Shown piece after piece: positions 37,351 to 50,753 of a stretch of 64,000 nt of DNA. This DNA is from Mobula hypostoma (lineage: Eukaryota), in assembly GCF_963921235.1 (NCBI RefSeq), contig NC_086099.1:52390001-52454000 (forward strand), given 5' to 3'. The notes under the pieces were generated by a model, which ran no database searches, had not been told where the DNA came from, and saw nothing but the letters and a program-made list of their open reading frames with translations. A program made the translations under genes and the position numbers. Every line of letters starts with the position of its first letter. The first letter of the stretch is position 1.

Positions 37351-38389
37351 GCCTATTTCAGGTTGTCCCAGAGAACAGGTTTAAGCACTCAAACAATGAT
37401 GCAAGCACCACAAGAAACTGGTGATATGTAATTATGCATCTGCACCAGCTGTGAGTCAAGCTAACTTTAGATGAGGTGCCGGAGCCACTGGGTATGATGT
37501 GTACTGAGGTTTTCTGAAGGCAAATTAGGTCACGCTGGAGCCTGTGAGTCCATCACAGACAGTGAAATTTCCAAATAATAGCTGCTTGTAGTACTTTGGC
37601 ACCAACAGTTGTTATCTTCTGGTAAAATCTAACATGATGTGAATGTTCCTTTATGAAGATTTTCTAGTTTGGAATATATTGCCAATTGCATTGATGGAAA
37701 TGGTCCTTCTGGAAAAATGCCATTTGAAGTCAAATAGAAAAAATGTTAGTCAGTAATTTTAACAGAAAATAACAGGTCCCTATATCAACATCTTTTCATG
37801 CCAACTACATTTAACCTTATAAATGTCTTTCAACACAAAACATAGTTATTGTTAAAATGCTTGTCTACAAGTTGGCAGTATCTTAAAAATTAAAAAGGCC
37901 TTTTTGAACCAAGCAGTATAAATGACAGATTTAATTCTTCTAAATTTTCAGGTTAGTCATCTTGCTAAATAAAAGCACATTAAAAGTAACAACATGTAAT
38001 GTGAAATTTATTCATTTAAATATGAAGACTGCTACAGAGTTTTGAAAATTAACAACTACAGTAGATTAGTGATGGCACTACATATTAATAATAGATGTTT
38101 AAACTGATAGTAAAAGGTATATATGAGAAAGAGATTATTTAGATGGCACAGTCTGCCTTATAAATTCTCAACTTACCTTCTTTGCACATTCTCCTGTAGA
38201 ATCCATTAGCATTATGGATAGGGGAACTATCAGTGTAGATTGCATACATGTACTTGTAGCATGCTGGTGATAAGGTTCCACTGGAGATTATTTGCAAAAG
38301 TGAATACATGTAGAACTTAAAGTATTCATTTGACATGAGCGGGTAATTGGTTCAGAGCTAAGAGAAAGTGAGAAGAAAATAATTTATTT

Positions 38390-39250
38390 TCTGATTGTTG
38401 GTTGTGATTAGTGGTACTCCTGAGGATTTGTACATTATTTTACCAATATATATTTGTCCGTAGACATAGAGAGCTTTTCATCCAAAATTAAAAAGATGCC
38501 ATTGGTTTTGCAGCCACTCTAGATTGCAGAAGGAACAACAAGTTAGAATGGACACAAACAGACTAGGTAAGGGGGGGGGCAAAAATGAAAGTGAGTGGAA
38601 AAAACTATCGTAAGGAAGATAAATGTGAACAACAAGTAGAAGTTAAGGGAGGTAAATAGGAATCTTTTCTTAGTGGTACAAGTTCAGACACTGTGGAAGA
38701 GCAAAAATATGTAATTATTCATGTACACAAAACATGCAAGTTAGATTGCAGATATTTTAAAAAGCTAGACAGATGGGTAAGGGATTTTTTTTTCCAAGAG
38801 ATTGGAACACAAGTAAGGAATAGATGCTAAACTTGTCCAAAGCCTTGGTCCAAAGATATTGTGAATACTATGATCACTTTGCCAATCTCAGTAAAAAAAA
38901 TCTATGGGTATTACAAAGTGCAGAGTACAGATCTCTCAAAATATTTCTCGAAAAGAATCATAATTGATTAATGTATGAATCAAAACTGCATAACCATGGC
39001 ATGCAAAAAGAGGTGTGATCTAAAATTATAACAGGAATTGCTTGTGTGCAGAGTAATAATTTCATCTGATGACTGAAACCAGATCAAGAGTGCAATTCAT
39101 AACTAAGGCACTCTGAAGTAAAATCATGACATGTGCTTAAACAATTTATGATGGAAAGTTGGAGCTCTTTTCCCAGTCTGAAATATTAAAGTTTGACTTT
39201 AGTAGATTTTAGTTAAGCTAGTGTGTCAAGGAATCTGGAACAAGGAACAA
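38390..39250 (+). mobile_element. Very old CR1 RT / 3' remnant
   Basis: Faint VISGTPE (GVPQG-like) and LNL.KALV remnants, and CR1-like 3' end. Confidence 0.45.
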
Positions 39251-39449
39251 TACTGATATTTGGGTAACAATTTCAAAATGTGCTAAAAATAATAATTAAA
39301 GTTGTCTGATCCATACTTTCATCTCTATCTGAGGTATGAGCATCAGTGTAATAACAGGAAATATTAAGAAATCTGGTGTGAAAGAATAATCACAGAATTT
39401 CCTAGCCATTATAGGAGAAGTGTGTATGAACCCAGTCTGCATTTATCAG

Positions 39450-39850
39450 GAGCATTGTGGACAAAAGGCCCGAAACTTTGTAGAGGCTCCCGACCGTCCT
39501 TCCCACAATCTCTTTGACTAGCTACCATCAGGAAGGAGGTACGGGAGCATCAGGACTAGGACAGAATGGGTAAGAATCTCTTCCCCCAGGCTGTGAGACT
39601 AATGAATACCCTGGCGCCATTAGGTCTTGTCACTACGTCAGTGAGCTGTTTACTATACTTACTATCTGTTTACTGTATGTCTGTGCTGCACATCACAAGC
39701 ATTATTAACTTGTTTATGGTAATATTTTGTTTTACGTGCTGTGTGTGGTATATGTTTTGTGGGTGGACCGCGGTGCAGAGAAGCAGTGTTTTGTTTGGTT
39801 GTATATACTGTGTGTACAGTCAGGTGACAACAAACTTGAACTTGAGCTTG
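39450..39850 (+). mobile_element. Rex1-like 3' end
   Basis: LPSGRRY.SI and NLFPQAVRLMN; tail (aacttg)n. Confidence 0.75.
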
Positions 39851-39884
39851 AAAAGCAAACACCATCAAAATCAACAACAACAAT

Positions 39885-40055
39885 AAACACAAAAGATTCT
39901 GTAAATGCCGGAAATCTTGAGCAACACACACAAAGTGCTGGAGAAACTGAGTAAGTCTATGGAGGGGAATAAACAGTCAACATTTTGGGCGAAGATCCTT
40001 CATCAGAAGAGGAAAGGAAAGAGGAAGAAGCCAGAATAAAAGAGGTGAGGAGGGG
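39885..40055 (-). mobile_element. Penelope-like 3' terminus
   Basis: aaacacaaaagattctg...caaagtgctggagaaactgag...ccttcatcag. Confidence 0.75.
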
Positions 40056-40539
40056 TGCAATCTGGCACATAGAAGTTGCTGGTAAAGACATGACAGCGAT
40101 TAGAACTGGGGCTCAAGTAAGGTAAAGCATCTGAGGGGTCAGGAGGGGAAGGTTGGGGTGTCAGGGAAAGTCGGATGAGAGAAAGATGGGGCTCAAGGTA
40201 AATTGAAGTTACTTAGAATTTGTCACCTTAAGGTGCTTTCCAGGTGTGTAATTAAACCTGAGAATGAGAATTTTAAATTGTAATGATTAGGAACTGGAAG
40301 TTAACATCAGTTATTGACATTGGGGAGTTCAAGTTCAAGTTTTAATGGTCATTCAACCATTAATAATTATCCATGAATACAGCCAAATGAAACAGTATTC
40401 TTCCAAGGCCAATGTGTAAAACACAGTACCAGCAGATATTAGATACAGTTAGAGAACAGGTTAGGGTTTAGAGACAGGGATGCGGGGGAACTAGAGGCTA
40501 GTCCTGAGTCTAGGCTTGCACTCTGCTTTCAGGATGTGC

Positions 40540-41200
40540 TTGGATGTTGGGCCAGCAGACCAGCGAAGAGAAAGGCTGGAGCCATCAAACTGTTCAGGAA
40601 TCTGTGTTCCATTTCTGTAGGAGGATCAAGGGCCAGTAACACCATAGGTATCTAATCATGAGAAGATGAGGCCCTAGTGTTTGGCGCCAAGATCAGCAAG
40701 TAAGGAATTCGGAGCAAGGATTTTGGGTCCTCATCCAGGATTGTCATTTGTCATCATCGGCATGTCCTGGGTCAGCACTGAAGGGTCAAATTCCAAAGGA
40801 TGCTTGGAAGTCCAGAAGTTGATGCCCAATGACCAAAGCCCCAAGTCAACAGATCTCTGCAGTCCACTGGAGAGGTCAAAACTGCGATGCCTGTGAATCT
40901 ATAAGTCCACTGGAGGCTGGAGGCCTAAGAAGATGGCCTGCCCTGGGTTTAGAGGACTATGTATGTGTGTGAGTGGGAGAGGAGTAGGGCTTGTTTTGGT
41001 GGTGTTGCTTAGGCACTTGGTACAGTATGTTCTGTTTTGTCATGTTCTATGTTGTTCTGCTGAGCATGGTGAGCATGCTATGTGGCAACACTTGCAGCCT
41101 GACCCCAGCCCATTCTTGGCGGTATTCATCATTTAGCAAATGGCACATTTCACTGTATGTTTCAATGTACATGTGATAAATAAATCTGAATCTAATCTAA
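40540..41200 (+). mobile_element. Non-autonomous retroelement with Rex1-like tail
   Basis: Ends aataaatctgaatctaatct; similar to 11890-12452. Confidence 0.5.
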
Positions 41201-41304
41201 CTCAGTCAATAATGAGAAAAGTGATGGTGAGCAGAACTTTGGATGGCAAAGATCTAAATAACTTGGAGCAGCTCAGTGGGTCAGAGTGCAGCTATAGAGG
41301 GACA

Positions 41305-42643
41305 TACGACACATCTGGATAGCAGTAACAGGATTGGTCCGAGTCAGCATGGATTTATGAAGGGGAAATCGTGCTTGACTAATCTTCTGGAATTTTTTGA
41401 GGATGCAACTATGAAAATGGACAAGGGAGAGCCAGTGGATGTAGTGTACCTGGACTTTCAGAAAGCCTTTGATAAAGTCCCATATAGGAGATTAGTGGGC
41501 AAAATTAGGGCACATGGTATTGGGGGCAGAGTACTGACATGGATTGAAAATTGGCTGGCTGACAGAAAACAAAGAATAGCGATTAACGGGTCCCTTTCGG
41601 AATGGCAGGCGGTGACCAGTGGGGTACCGGAGGGTTCAGTGCTGGGACCACAGCTGTTTACAATATATATTAATGATTTAGATGAGGGAATTAAAAGTAA
41701 CATTAGCAAATTTGCCAATGAGACAAAGCTGGGTGGCAGTGTGAAATGTGAGGAGGATGTTATGAGAATGCAGGGTGACTTGGACAGGCTGGGTGAGTGG
41801 GCGGATGAATGGCAGATGCAGTTTAATGTGGATGAATGTGAGGTTATCCACTTTGGTGGTAAGAACGGGAAGGCAGATTATTATCTAAATGGAGTCAAGT
41901 TATGAAAAGGGGAAGCACAACGAGATCTAGGTATTCTTGTACATCAGTCACTGAAAGCAAGCATGCAAGTACAGCAGGCAGTGAAGAAAGTTAATGGCAT
42001 GCTGGCCTTCATAACAAGGGGAATTGAGTATAAGAGCAGAGAGGTCCTTTTGCAGCTGTACAGGGCCCTGGTGAGACCACACCTGGAGTACTGAGTGCAG
42101 TTTTGGTCTCCAAATTTGAGGAAGGACATTCTTGCTATTGAGGGAGTGCAGCGCAGGTTCACAAGGTTAATTCCCGGGATGGTGGGACTGTCATATGTCG
42201 AAAGATTGGAGCAACTGGGCTTGTATACTCTGGAATTTAGAAGGCTGGGACGGGATCTTATTGAAACATATAAGATTATTAAGGGATTGGACACGCTGGA
42301 GGCAGGAAGCATGTTCCCGCTGATGGGTGAGTCCAGAACCAGAGGCCACAGTTTAAGAATTAGGGGTAGGCCATTTAGAGCAGAGTTGAGGAAAAACTTT
42401 TTCACCCAGAGAGTGGTGGATATATGGAATGCTCTGCCCCCGAAGGCTGTGGAGGCCAAGTCTCTGGATGCTTTCGAGAAACAGGTGGATAGAGCTCTTA
42501 AAGATAGCGGAATCAAAGGTTATGGGGATAAGGCGGGAACTGGATACTGATTGTGGATGATCGGCCATGATCACAGTGAATGGTGGTGCTGGCTCGAAGG
42601 GCCGAATAGCCTACTCCTGCATCTATTGTCTATTGTCTATTGT
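41305..42643 (+). mobile_element. CR1 LINE, 5'-truncated, young
   Basis: ORFs 41276..41905 and 42095..42550 (RT and C-terminus); (ctattgt)n tail. It splits an older PLE terminus. Confidence 0.95.
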
Positions 42644-42732
42644 CATAGAGAGTCAACATTTCAGGTCAAGCCTCTTCTTCAGAACTTGTCCAGATAAATA
42701 CAGATGAAGTGTCTTCACCTAAACGGTACCAT

Positions 42733-42915
42733 GGCACGTTGGCAAAGTGGTTAGAAAAATGCTCTTACAGTGCCAGAAATTGGAGTTTAATTCCGCCACT
42801 GTTTGTTAGGAATTTGTGCATTTTCCCCATGGCTGCATGGGTTTACTCCAGTTTCCTCCAATATTGTAAAAACATACGGGGTAGTAGGTTATGGTCACAT
42901 GGGTGTAAGTGGGCA
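42733..42915 (+). mobile_element. tRNA-derived V-SINE (HE1-like)
   Basis: A-box-like tggcaaagtggttag, B-box-like gagtttaattcc, V-domain ccccatggctgcatgggttt...tccagtttcctcc. Confidence 0.65.
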
Positions 42916-42954
42916 ACTTGTGTTCATTGAGAATGGATGAATTTTTTAAAAATG

Positions 42955-43985
42955 TCCAGAAGGAGGAGCTCAGGAGAACGATGGCATCTAACGATGACTC
43001 CTTCGCTTGCATCTTTGGAAACAGCTCTATTTCTATCCTTAATATACACAGAAAAGTTGCTGGTGAACACAGCAGGCCAGGCAGCATCTCTAGGAAGAGG
43101 TACAGTCGACGTTTCAGGTTGAGACCAACTGACCCGAAACGTCAACTGTACCTCTTCCTAGAGATGTTGCCTGGCCTGGTGCATTCCACCAGCAATTTTT
43201 ATGTGTGTTGCTTGAAATTCCAGCATCTGCAGCTTTCCTTGTGTCTATCTTTAATATCTCCATTTTTCTCTTTCAGGGTTCTTTTGAAGACCCTGGCCTA
43301 GAGTTACACATTGACATCGTTCTTTGCAGGAACCGGACCCACTCTCAGGGTCTCATGACGGCTGCTGTTTGATATGTCAAGGACGCGGCCTAGAAGACTA
43401 GCGTACCTTCAGGTTTCTGGGATTTTGTGGCCAGGAGGTGGGCGAACTGGAGGTCAATGCCGTTGCAGGAAACTGGTGTCTCATGGGAGATGGAAGATTG
43501 AAAGCAGAAAGCTGGCTGCTGGCTGTGTGCCCAGAGACCCGAGTTCTCTGGGTACAGAGCTCGGAAAAAGCGACACAACATCATAAATCACCAAATTGTT
43601 TGTTATGTCTCTCCTCTCGCTGTGAAGTGGAGATACCCCATTTTCCCTTATTAGGGAGAGAGGGAGAGCCTGTGGTATGTTGAAATACTGGATGAATGAG
43701 TAGTCTTTGGAGTACTGCAAGTCTGTGTCTTTACTGATGCTTTGCTGCACGCTTGAGTGCTTGGTGGGGGTGGGTGATGCTTTTTTGCTGGTGGGGGAGG
43801 GGGTTTGTTGCTTTGCTGCTGCTTGTGAGTGGGTGGAGGGAGCTGGGGGGGCTTTGGGGTTCTAACATGTAACTGTCATTCAATCTTTGGGGCACTCCTC
43901 TGTTTTTGTGGACGGTTGCAAAGAAAAAGAATTTCAGAATGTATATTGTATGCATTTCTCTGACATTAAATGTACCCTTGAAACC
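42955..43985 (+). mobile_element. Non-autonomous retroelement (Rex1-like 5' UTR plus tail)
   Basis: Starts ...ggagaacgatggc and ends ctgacattaaatgtacccttgaaacc. Approximate flanking duplication tgtgttcatt(g/a)ag. Confidence 0.55.
43046..43243. mobile_element. Palindromic Penelope-terminus insertion with collapsed hammerhead core
   Basis: Inverted arms (aagttgctggtgaac...gacgtttc / gaaacgtc...ccagcaatt); 14-bp TSD tctatc(c/t)ttaatat at 43032-43045 and 43244-43257. Confidence 0.9.
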
Positions 43986-44164
43986 TTTAAAAAATAAAAT
44001 GTGTTCATTAAGTATGGAATTCGGAGCAAGGATTTTGGTCATTAAGTAAAATGTTATCTGTCAATTTCCATGTATGGATGCTGCCTGACCCATTGAATTT
44101 CTCCAGCATCTTGTATGTTGCTCCAGATTCTCAAGTTGATTGTCATCTGACTGTACATACTGTA

Positions 44165-44632
44165 TATGGTAGTTGTCCATTGTATCCGCTGATGTCAGGA
44201 AACCTGTGTGGGAGAGTTTTTAAAGCAGAAAAGCTGTTGCACTGGGATAGTTCCACATTCTTGACCTCGGAAGTTGAGATTCAGTGGTAGGAATGGCCAT
44301 CACAGCTGGGGTCTTCCTTGATTGCAGTGTATGACCATGACTCATTTGGGCCATGACATGCCCTTCACTCTCCACGGAGCATTGCAGAATCGCAGTTGGA
44401 TCTCACTGTAGTTTTCATCCACCCAGTCCACTACAGCTGGATTTGCAAGCCCCTGTCAGGTATGTCCCCATCTCACCAGGGTATGAGACCTGCCATCTAA
44501 CGTCACCTGGTCTAGCCCACCTGTAGCAGGGTGTGGCCACTATCGCATGCAAACAACAACTTGGAGCCACAGGGGAGAGCTGATAGTCCAGCGGGGACCA
44601 AAGTTAAGTGAGCTGTCCCAGATTGGACACAG
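44165..44632 (-). mobile_element. Bipartite non-autonomous RTE-derived element
   Basis: Reversed RTE-type tail gtagttgtcc...gatg at the left; RTE 5'-UTR-like cttggagccacagg at the right. Confidence 0.45.
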
Positions 44633-46310
44633 CAATCAGAATCACTGGCATATGTCTGAGATTTGTCGTATTGCAGCAGCAGTACATTGTAATACATGAT
44701 AATGTTTAAACTATAATATACAATTAGAAATATATACAGTATAAAAATAAAATTAATTAGTGCAAAAAGAGAGCAAAAAATAGCGAGGTAGTATTAATGG
44801 GTTTATTGTGCATTCATAAATCTGATGGCAGAGGAGAAGAAGCTGTTCTCCTCGCTGACGATCAACACTGGCGCACCTCAGGGGTGTGTGCTTAGCCCAC
44901 TGCTCTGCTCTCTGTATACACATGACTGTGTGGCTAGGCATAGCTCAAACACCATCTATAAATTTGCCAATGATACAACCGTTGATGGTAGAATCTCAGG
45001 TGGTGATGAGAGGGCGTACAGGAGTGAGATATGCCAACTAGTGGAGTGGTGCCACAGCAACAACCTGGCACTCAATGTCAGTAAGACGAAAGAGCTGATT
45101 GTACACTTCAGGAAGGGTAAGATGAAGGAGCACATACCAATCCTCACAGAGGGATCAGAAGTGGAGAGAGTGAGCAGCTTCAAGTTCCTGAATGTCAGGA
45201 TCTCTGAGGATCTAACCTGGTCCCAACATGTCGATGTAGTTTAAAGAAGGCAAGACAGCGGCTATACTTTATTAGGAGTTTGAAGAGATTTGGCATGTCA
45301 ACAAATACACTCAAAAACTTCTATAGTTATACCATGGAGAGCATTCTGACAGGCTGCATCACTGTCTGGTATGGAGGGGCTACTGCACAGGACCGAAAGA
45401 AGCTGCAGAAGGTTGTAAATCTAGTCAGCACTAGCCTACAAAGTACCCGGGACATCCTTAGAGAGCGGTGTCTCAGAAAGGCAGCATCCATTATTAAGGA
45501 CGTCCAGCACCCAGGGCGTGACCTTTTCTCACTCTTTCCATCAGGTAGGAGGTACAGAAGCCTGAAGGCACACACTCAGCGATTCAGGAACAGCTTCTTC
45601 CCCTCTGCCATCCGATTCCTAAATGGACATTAAATCTTTGGACTACCTCACTTTTTTGTTAATATACAGTACATTTTTAATCTATTCAATATACATAATT
45701 GATTTACTTATTATTATTATTTTTATTTTTTTTCCCTTACTAGATTATGTATTGCATTAAACTGCTGCTGCTAAGTTAACAAATAGCACGTCACATGCCA
45801 GTGATAATAAACCTGATTCTGATTATGTTCCTGAAACACTGAGTGTGTGTCATCACGCTTCAGTACCTCCTCTGTGATTGTAGCAATGAGAAGAGAGCAT
45901 GCCCTGTGAGATGGGGATCCTTAATGATGGATGCTGCCTCCTTGAGGCACCGCCATATGAAGAAGTCCTCGAAGCTGGGGAAGCTTGTCCTCATGATGGA
46001 GCTGGCTGAGTTTACAATTTTCTGCAGCTTTTTCCAATCCTATGCTGTGACCCCTCCATGCCAGATGGTGATGCAAACAGTTAGGATGCTCTCGCAGTAT
46101 ATCTGTAGAAAGTTGCAAGAGTCATTGATGACACTGGAAGTCTCCTCAAACCCTAATACTGCAGTTGTTGTGCTTCCTTCGTAATTACATCAATATACTG
46201 AAACAAGGATAGGTCTTCCGAGATAATGACACCCAGGAACTTGAAACTGCTCACCCTTTCCACTGCTGATCCCTCAATGAGAACTGGTATGTGCTCCCCA
46301 ACTTCCCCTT
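44633..46310 (-). mobile_element. Older Rex1 LINE (44633-44848 and 45826-46310) interrupted by a younger Rex1
   Basis: Reversed aatcagaatc tail; minus ORF AVERVSSFKFLGVIISEDLS. Confidence 0.8.
44849..45823 (+). mobile_element. Rex1/Babar LINE RT 3' part
   Basis: NTGAPQGCVLSPLL...YTHDC, KFANDTTV, ESILTGCITVWYG; tail aataaacctgattctgatt. Confidence 0.93.
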
Positions 46311-46344
46311 CAACAAAGGTGCTACCCCTCCCTGAACACCCCTT

Positions 46345-47205
46345 ACTACTACTACATTGTCTCAGGCCTAGGGGGCCAGCGTCGGGCACGATGATGGACT
46401 CTCCACTTCTCCCTCTCCCTCATCAGTGTGTTCAGTTCATCTACATTAGCCGCGCCGCTGTCTTCTAGGAGCGTGTTGACCATAGTCTTGGGAGGACGCC
46501 CAGGGTTCATCCTCCCGTACTTGGGCTCCCATATGATGACTAGGCTGGCAGGTAGCTCGGGGTGGCGTAGACAGTGCCCCACTAGTTGCAGTCTTCTCGC
46601 CTCGATTTTAGTGGTGAGCATCGGTAGGTCATCATAGAGCTCAACGTTTGTCATGTGCTTTTGCCAACTCACGTCAAGAGCCATCCGGAGCATTCGTGTA
46701 TAGCAACCATCTAGAGACTTTCACATAGTCTTGGTGAGTGTCCACGTCTCGCATCCGTACATGAGAATGGACTCTATGACTGCTATGAAAATCCTCTTTT
46801 TAAGCCCTCTGGTCAGGTTTGACTTCCAGATTTCCTTCATGTCATTCATAGGCCTCCACGCCAGCACCTTCCGTATCTTTATGTCCTTCTCCGAACTCAT
46901 CATTCTTGACCTGAGGTACTTGAAGTCAAAGACTTTCTTAATGGTATCATTCTTTACGGTCTTGAGAGTACCTTCATCACAGTTAAACACCATGTGCTCT
47001 GCCTTTTTAGCGTTTAGGTGAAGTCCAACTTTATTGCACTCAATTTCCACTTTTGTCAGTAGCTGCTGTGCTTCCTCCATATGGTCGGAGAGCAGGACTA
47101 TGTCATCTGCAAAATCGAGATCTGTGAGCGTAACTGGTCTGACCCTTTTGGTTTGTCCTGGTTTTATGGTAAAACCAAGCTTGTCATGATTGTTGGTAGC
47201 TTGAC
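46345..47205 (-). mobile_element. RTE-clade LINE 3' part
   Basis: LDFADDIVLL, VGLHLNAKK, YGCETWTLT, MLRMAL.VSW; (tag)n tail. Confidence 0.85.
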
Positions 47206-47254
47206 CAAATCATAAATAAGGCATTATGATGACAGACAACCCAACCCTTATATT

Positions 47255-47960
47255 GTACATATATACAACCAAACATTCCTCTGGACCATGGTGTATCCAT
47301 TATAAATATATCTCACATACCACATAAAACAGAATATTACCACAAATAAGTTAATGAAACATAATTCAAAATGCACATGAAGAGAACAGCACTGGTAAAC
47401 AGTAAACAGCTCACTGTCCTAGTGGTGAGATCTCAATAGTGGCAGGGTATTCATTAGTCTTACAGCCTGGGTGAAGAAGCTGTTATCTATTCTGGCAGTT
47501 GTAGTCCTGATGCTCCTGTATCTCCTCTTCCTGATAGTAGTGGGGCAAAGAGGGATGGGTGGTCGGGATCCACAAACATGCTTCATTACTATCCTCTATA
47601 GGGTCTTGCTAGAATGGGGACAGAGAACCTTGAACACCTTAGTCTCCTCAGAAAGTATAGAAGCTGTTGTAGCTTTTTAACTAATGAGGAGGTGCTGTGG
47701 GTCAAAATTGGATCATCCATTATGTGTACACCAAGGAACTTTGTGCTCTTTACTCTCTCCACAGCAGAGCAATTGATGTGCAATGGAACTGGTCGATCTG
47801 GAGACCACAATCATCTCTTTTGTCTTGCCCACATTGAGACTCCAGCTGTTTTCCTCATACTATATGACAAGCCTCCTAAATTTTCCCTATATTCATCATT
47901 GTTGCCGATAAGGCCAACCACTATTGTATCATCAGTGAACCCGATGATGCGGATCTGGGC
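47255..47960 (-). mobile_element. Rex1-like LINE remnant
   Basis: AVERVKSTKFLGVHI and QLLYFLRRL. Confidence 0.8.
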
Positions 47961-50499
47961 ATCTGCAGTCTTTTGTGTTTCAAAGCTTTAAGATAAATAG
48001 TATTTTTGGAAGTTGCAGGGTAGTACGCTGTCCAGGAAAGAACTGGATTAATAAAACCCAGAGATGTCCATGGCGATTTGAACATGAAAATGGACAATGT
48101 ATTAGAGATGGAACTAAGTATTTTTGCCAAGGAAAGAATATGAAGAAACATCAGTCAAGGTTGAACAGTTTTCAATACAATGTGGTACAGCTTGAGACAA
48201 TGACTGTCTAAGGATATAGCACTATTCACATATTTACTGAGAAGCTGGGGAACGTGCAAAGTTATAAATTCCCAACCCACATAACCCACATATTCTTGAT
48301 TTCTTGAGAAGCTTTTGCAGTTGGGTAGCAGGTTCAGTGGGAATTAAACACAATAGCCCCCTAAAACAGGCATTACCCAGTTAACACTGACCTGCTAACT
48401 GCAATGCAGGTAGATTGCCAACTTCATGATGCCTGTTCATTAAAGCTACTTCAGCACAAAGCCAGCACTAAGCAGACAGTGGATTTGGTAGATGTATCAC
48501 CAGACAGCCAATATTGTAATTGGCTAGCATACGTTAAAGATGATGTGTATAAACCTTAAAGCTGTCTTTCACTCTGAAAGAGGAATTGTTCTGGGTCTGG
48601 AGTATGTGTTGCTGTGCACCTGGGAAAGGCAAAATATGGGAAAAAGCAGATCCCAGTGCTTTCAGTTCTGCACTGTAGGACTTGCTGGGGGAAGACAAGA
48701 AAAGCAGGAGAGATGCAAAGGCAGGAGTCTGACAACATAACTGTTCAAAAGCAAGTAAGATCAGGTAAGACTTGAGCTCAAACACAAAGATTTCAACAAT
48801 TCCTACATAAGGGTTTGAAGTCAGTAATTGGATATTCAAATCCCATTTTTATTCATCCGTTGAATAAAATCACCACCCAGGACAACTTTTCAGAACTATC
48901 CTAAATGCATTTAGGAGGGTGGTGGTGAACCATCTTCTTGAACTCTGGCAGTTTTTGGATTGAAGGACTTTCATAGTGCTGTTTGCAAGAGATTTCCAAG
49001 ATTCAGGTTTACTGATGATGAATGTGCAGCAAAGTATTTCCAGTACAGCCTACCATGTGGGCCTTGTCAAAGGCCCTGCTAAAATCCACTGCCTTATCCT
49101 CATCTACCCTTTTGGTTATGTTTCCAAAAACTCTAAAAGATTCATAAAGCATGTCTTTCCACACACAAAGCCATGCTGACTCTGAATCACACTTTGTCTA
49201 CCCATTGCAGGTATATTGTGAAGTATGACTCATTGAATGCGGAGGTTAGTTGGGTGGAAGGTGAAAAGCCGGGGTATCCTAGTTTGGGTAGAATGATGGT
49301 AAGGGCAGAGATGCCAGTCAGTTCTGGCCACAAGTTTCTCAATCTGTAGTATTAACTCAATTTTTTCTCTCTCCACAGTCATGGACTTAGGCAGCTACAG
49401 AACTCTCTTTTAGTTTTAGTTCAGTTATACCTCACCCAGAGGAGCTTGTTTGTAGTTTTTAACAGTTAATGATTGTCTCAGCAGGATATCACAGCAATAT
49501 CCTTCATCCAGCTATCTGCAGTGCTTTGTCATAGGACCAGAAGATGCTTACTGACAATTGAACAATGTTTAATTCCTTTCATCCTTACTCTGTCAAAGGT
49601 GGTCTCTCATTCTTACATTCATAAGACCTTGGTAATATTCAGGCTTGGGGTGATAAGCAGCAAGTAATAAAGGCACCTCCTTCACATCATGATTGTATCA
49701 GCGTACCATTGATTAGACCCTAAATGAACGAGTCAATAAAGGTCATAAGCAGGCTTTCCTGCATTCTCTAAAGTCTTTGCACCATCTACAAGGCACAGGT
49801 CAAGAGTATGATAGAATATTTCCCACTTATTTGAACAAGTTCAATTTCATTAACATTTAAGAATCATATTTGGATTAGTTTATCATCATATATACCTGGG
49901 TGCAATGAAATCCCTTGATCATGTGCAGCTCACAGATTAAACAGTGCAGATAGCTTTACTAAAGATAATAGTTAACATGATGGGTGCAAAACATCAAAAT
50001 AATGCAAAATAGTAAGGCAGTCTGAAAAGTGCAAAAAAAGTAAATGCTAAAGTGCCAATAATGGAAAGAATGACAGTGGTGGAATTAAGAGTCCAAGGAT
50101 GTAATGACATCACTGGGAAGAGAATATGAAAGGTATGATTGGCTTATAAAAAACCACCCAGAAGAAAGCAACCCTCATTTACTCTCCACTCAACAGCCTA
50201 CTGATCATCTGCCTCCACCATAGCACACAGGGTACCACCAGCAGTTACTTACCAACACTTTCCCAATAGCACCTCGTCATAATCCTTCAACTCCAAAATT
50301 GCATCAGCTTCTTAGCAGACACTGTCTGAGCAGTCCTAATGAAAGGTCTTGGCACAAATGTCAACTGTTCATTTCCCTCTGCAGATGCTGCCTGGCCTGT
50401 GGAATTCCTCCAGCACTCATTTTTTAAATAGAATCAGACTAGATTGGTGAAGGCATTAGAGTGAATTCTCTTTGCTGGAAGCATAGAGGTCAACAATCA

Positions 50500-50753
50500 T
50501 CTAGCAAACACGTGCCGTGAAGCACGGAAAGGGCACCCCTTTCATCGAAGCTTGGTCTGGCCACTCACTGCAACAGAACTTCCCCCAGCCGTCTTGGACC
50601 CCACTGTGCTGCTGGATCCGGAAGGGGATGTCGAGAGGGTGGGTCTGAACCTGTGCAACCTCCTACTCACCTAAAATCCATTCACGCACACGCTGTTCCT
50701 TCCTGAGGAGTGGGGTCAACCCCACTAACTGACTGAAAGGAACCATCATCATC
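50500..50753 (+). mobile_element. Probable RTE-derived SINE-like element
   Basis: CpG-retaining GC-rich block ending in an (atc)n tail. Confidence 0.4.

Noticed and set aside
38176-38281. Possible minus-strand exon (ctccag acceptor, gtaag donor)
   Set aside because: Weak polypyrimidine tract, no recognisable protein and no partner exons.
42733-42800. tRNA gene
   Set aside because: Degenerate tRNA-derived SINE head; no cloverleaf.
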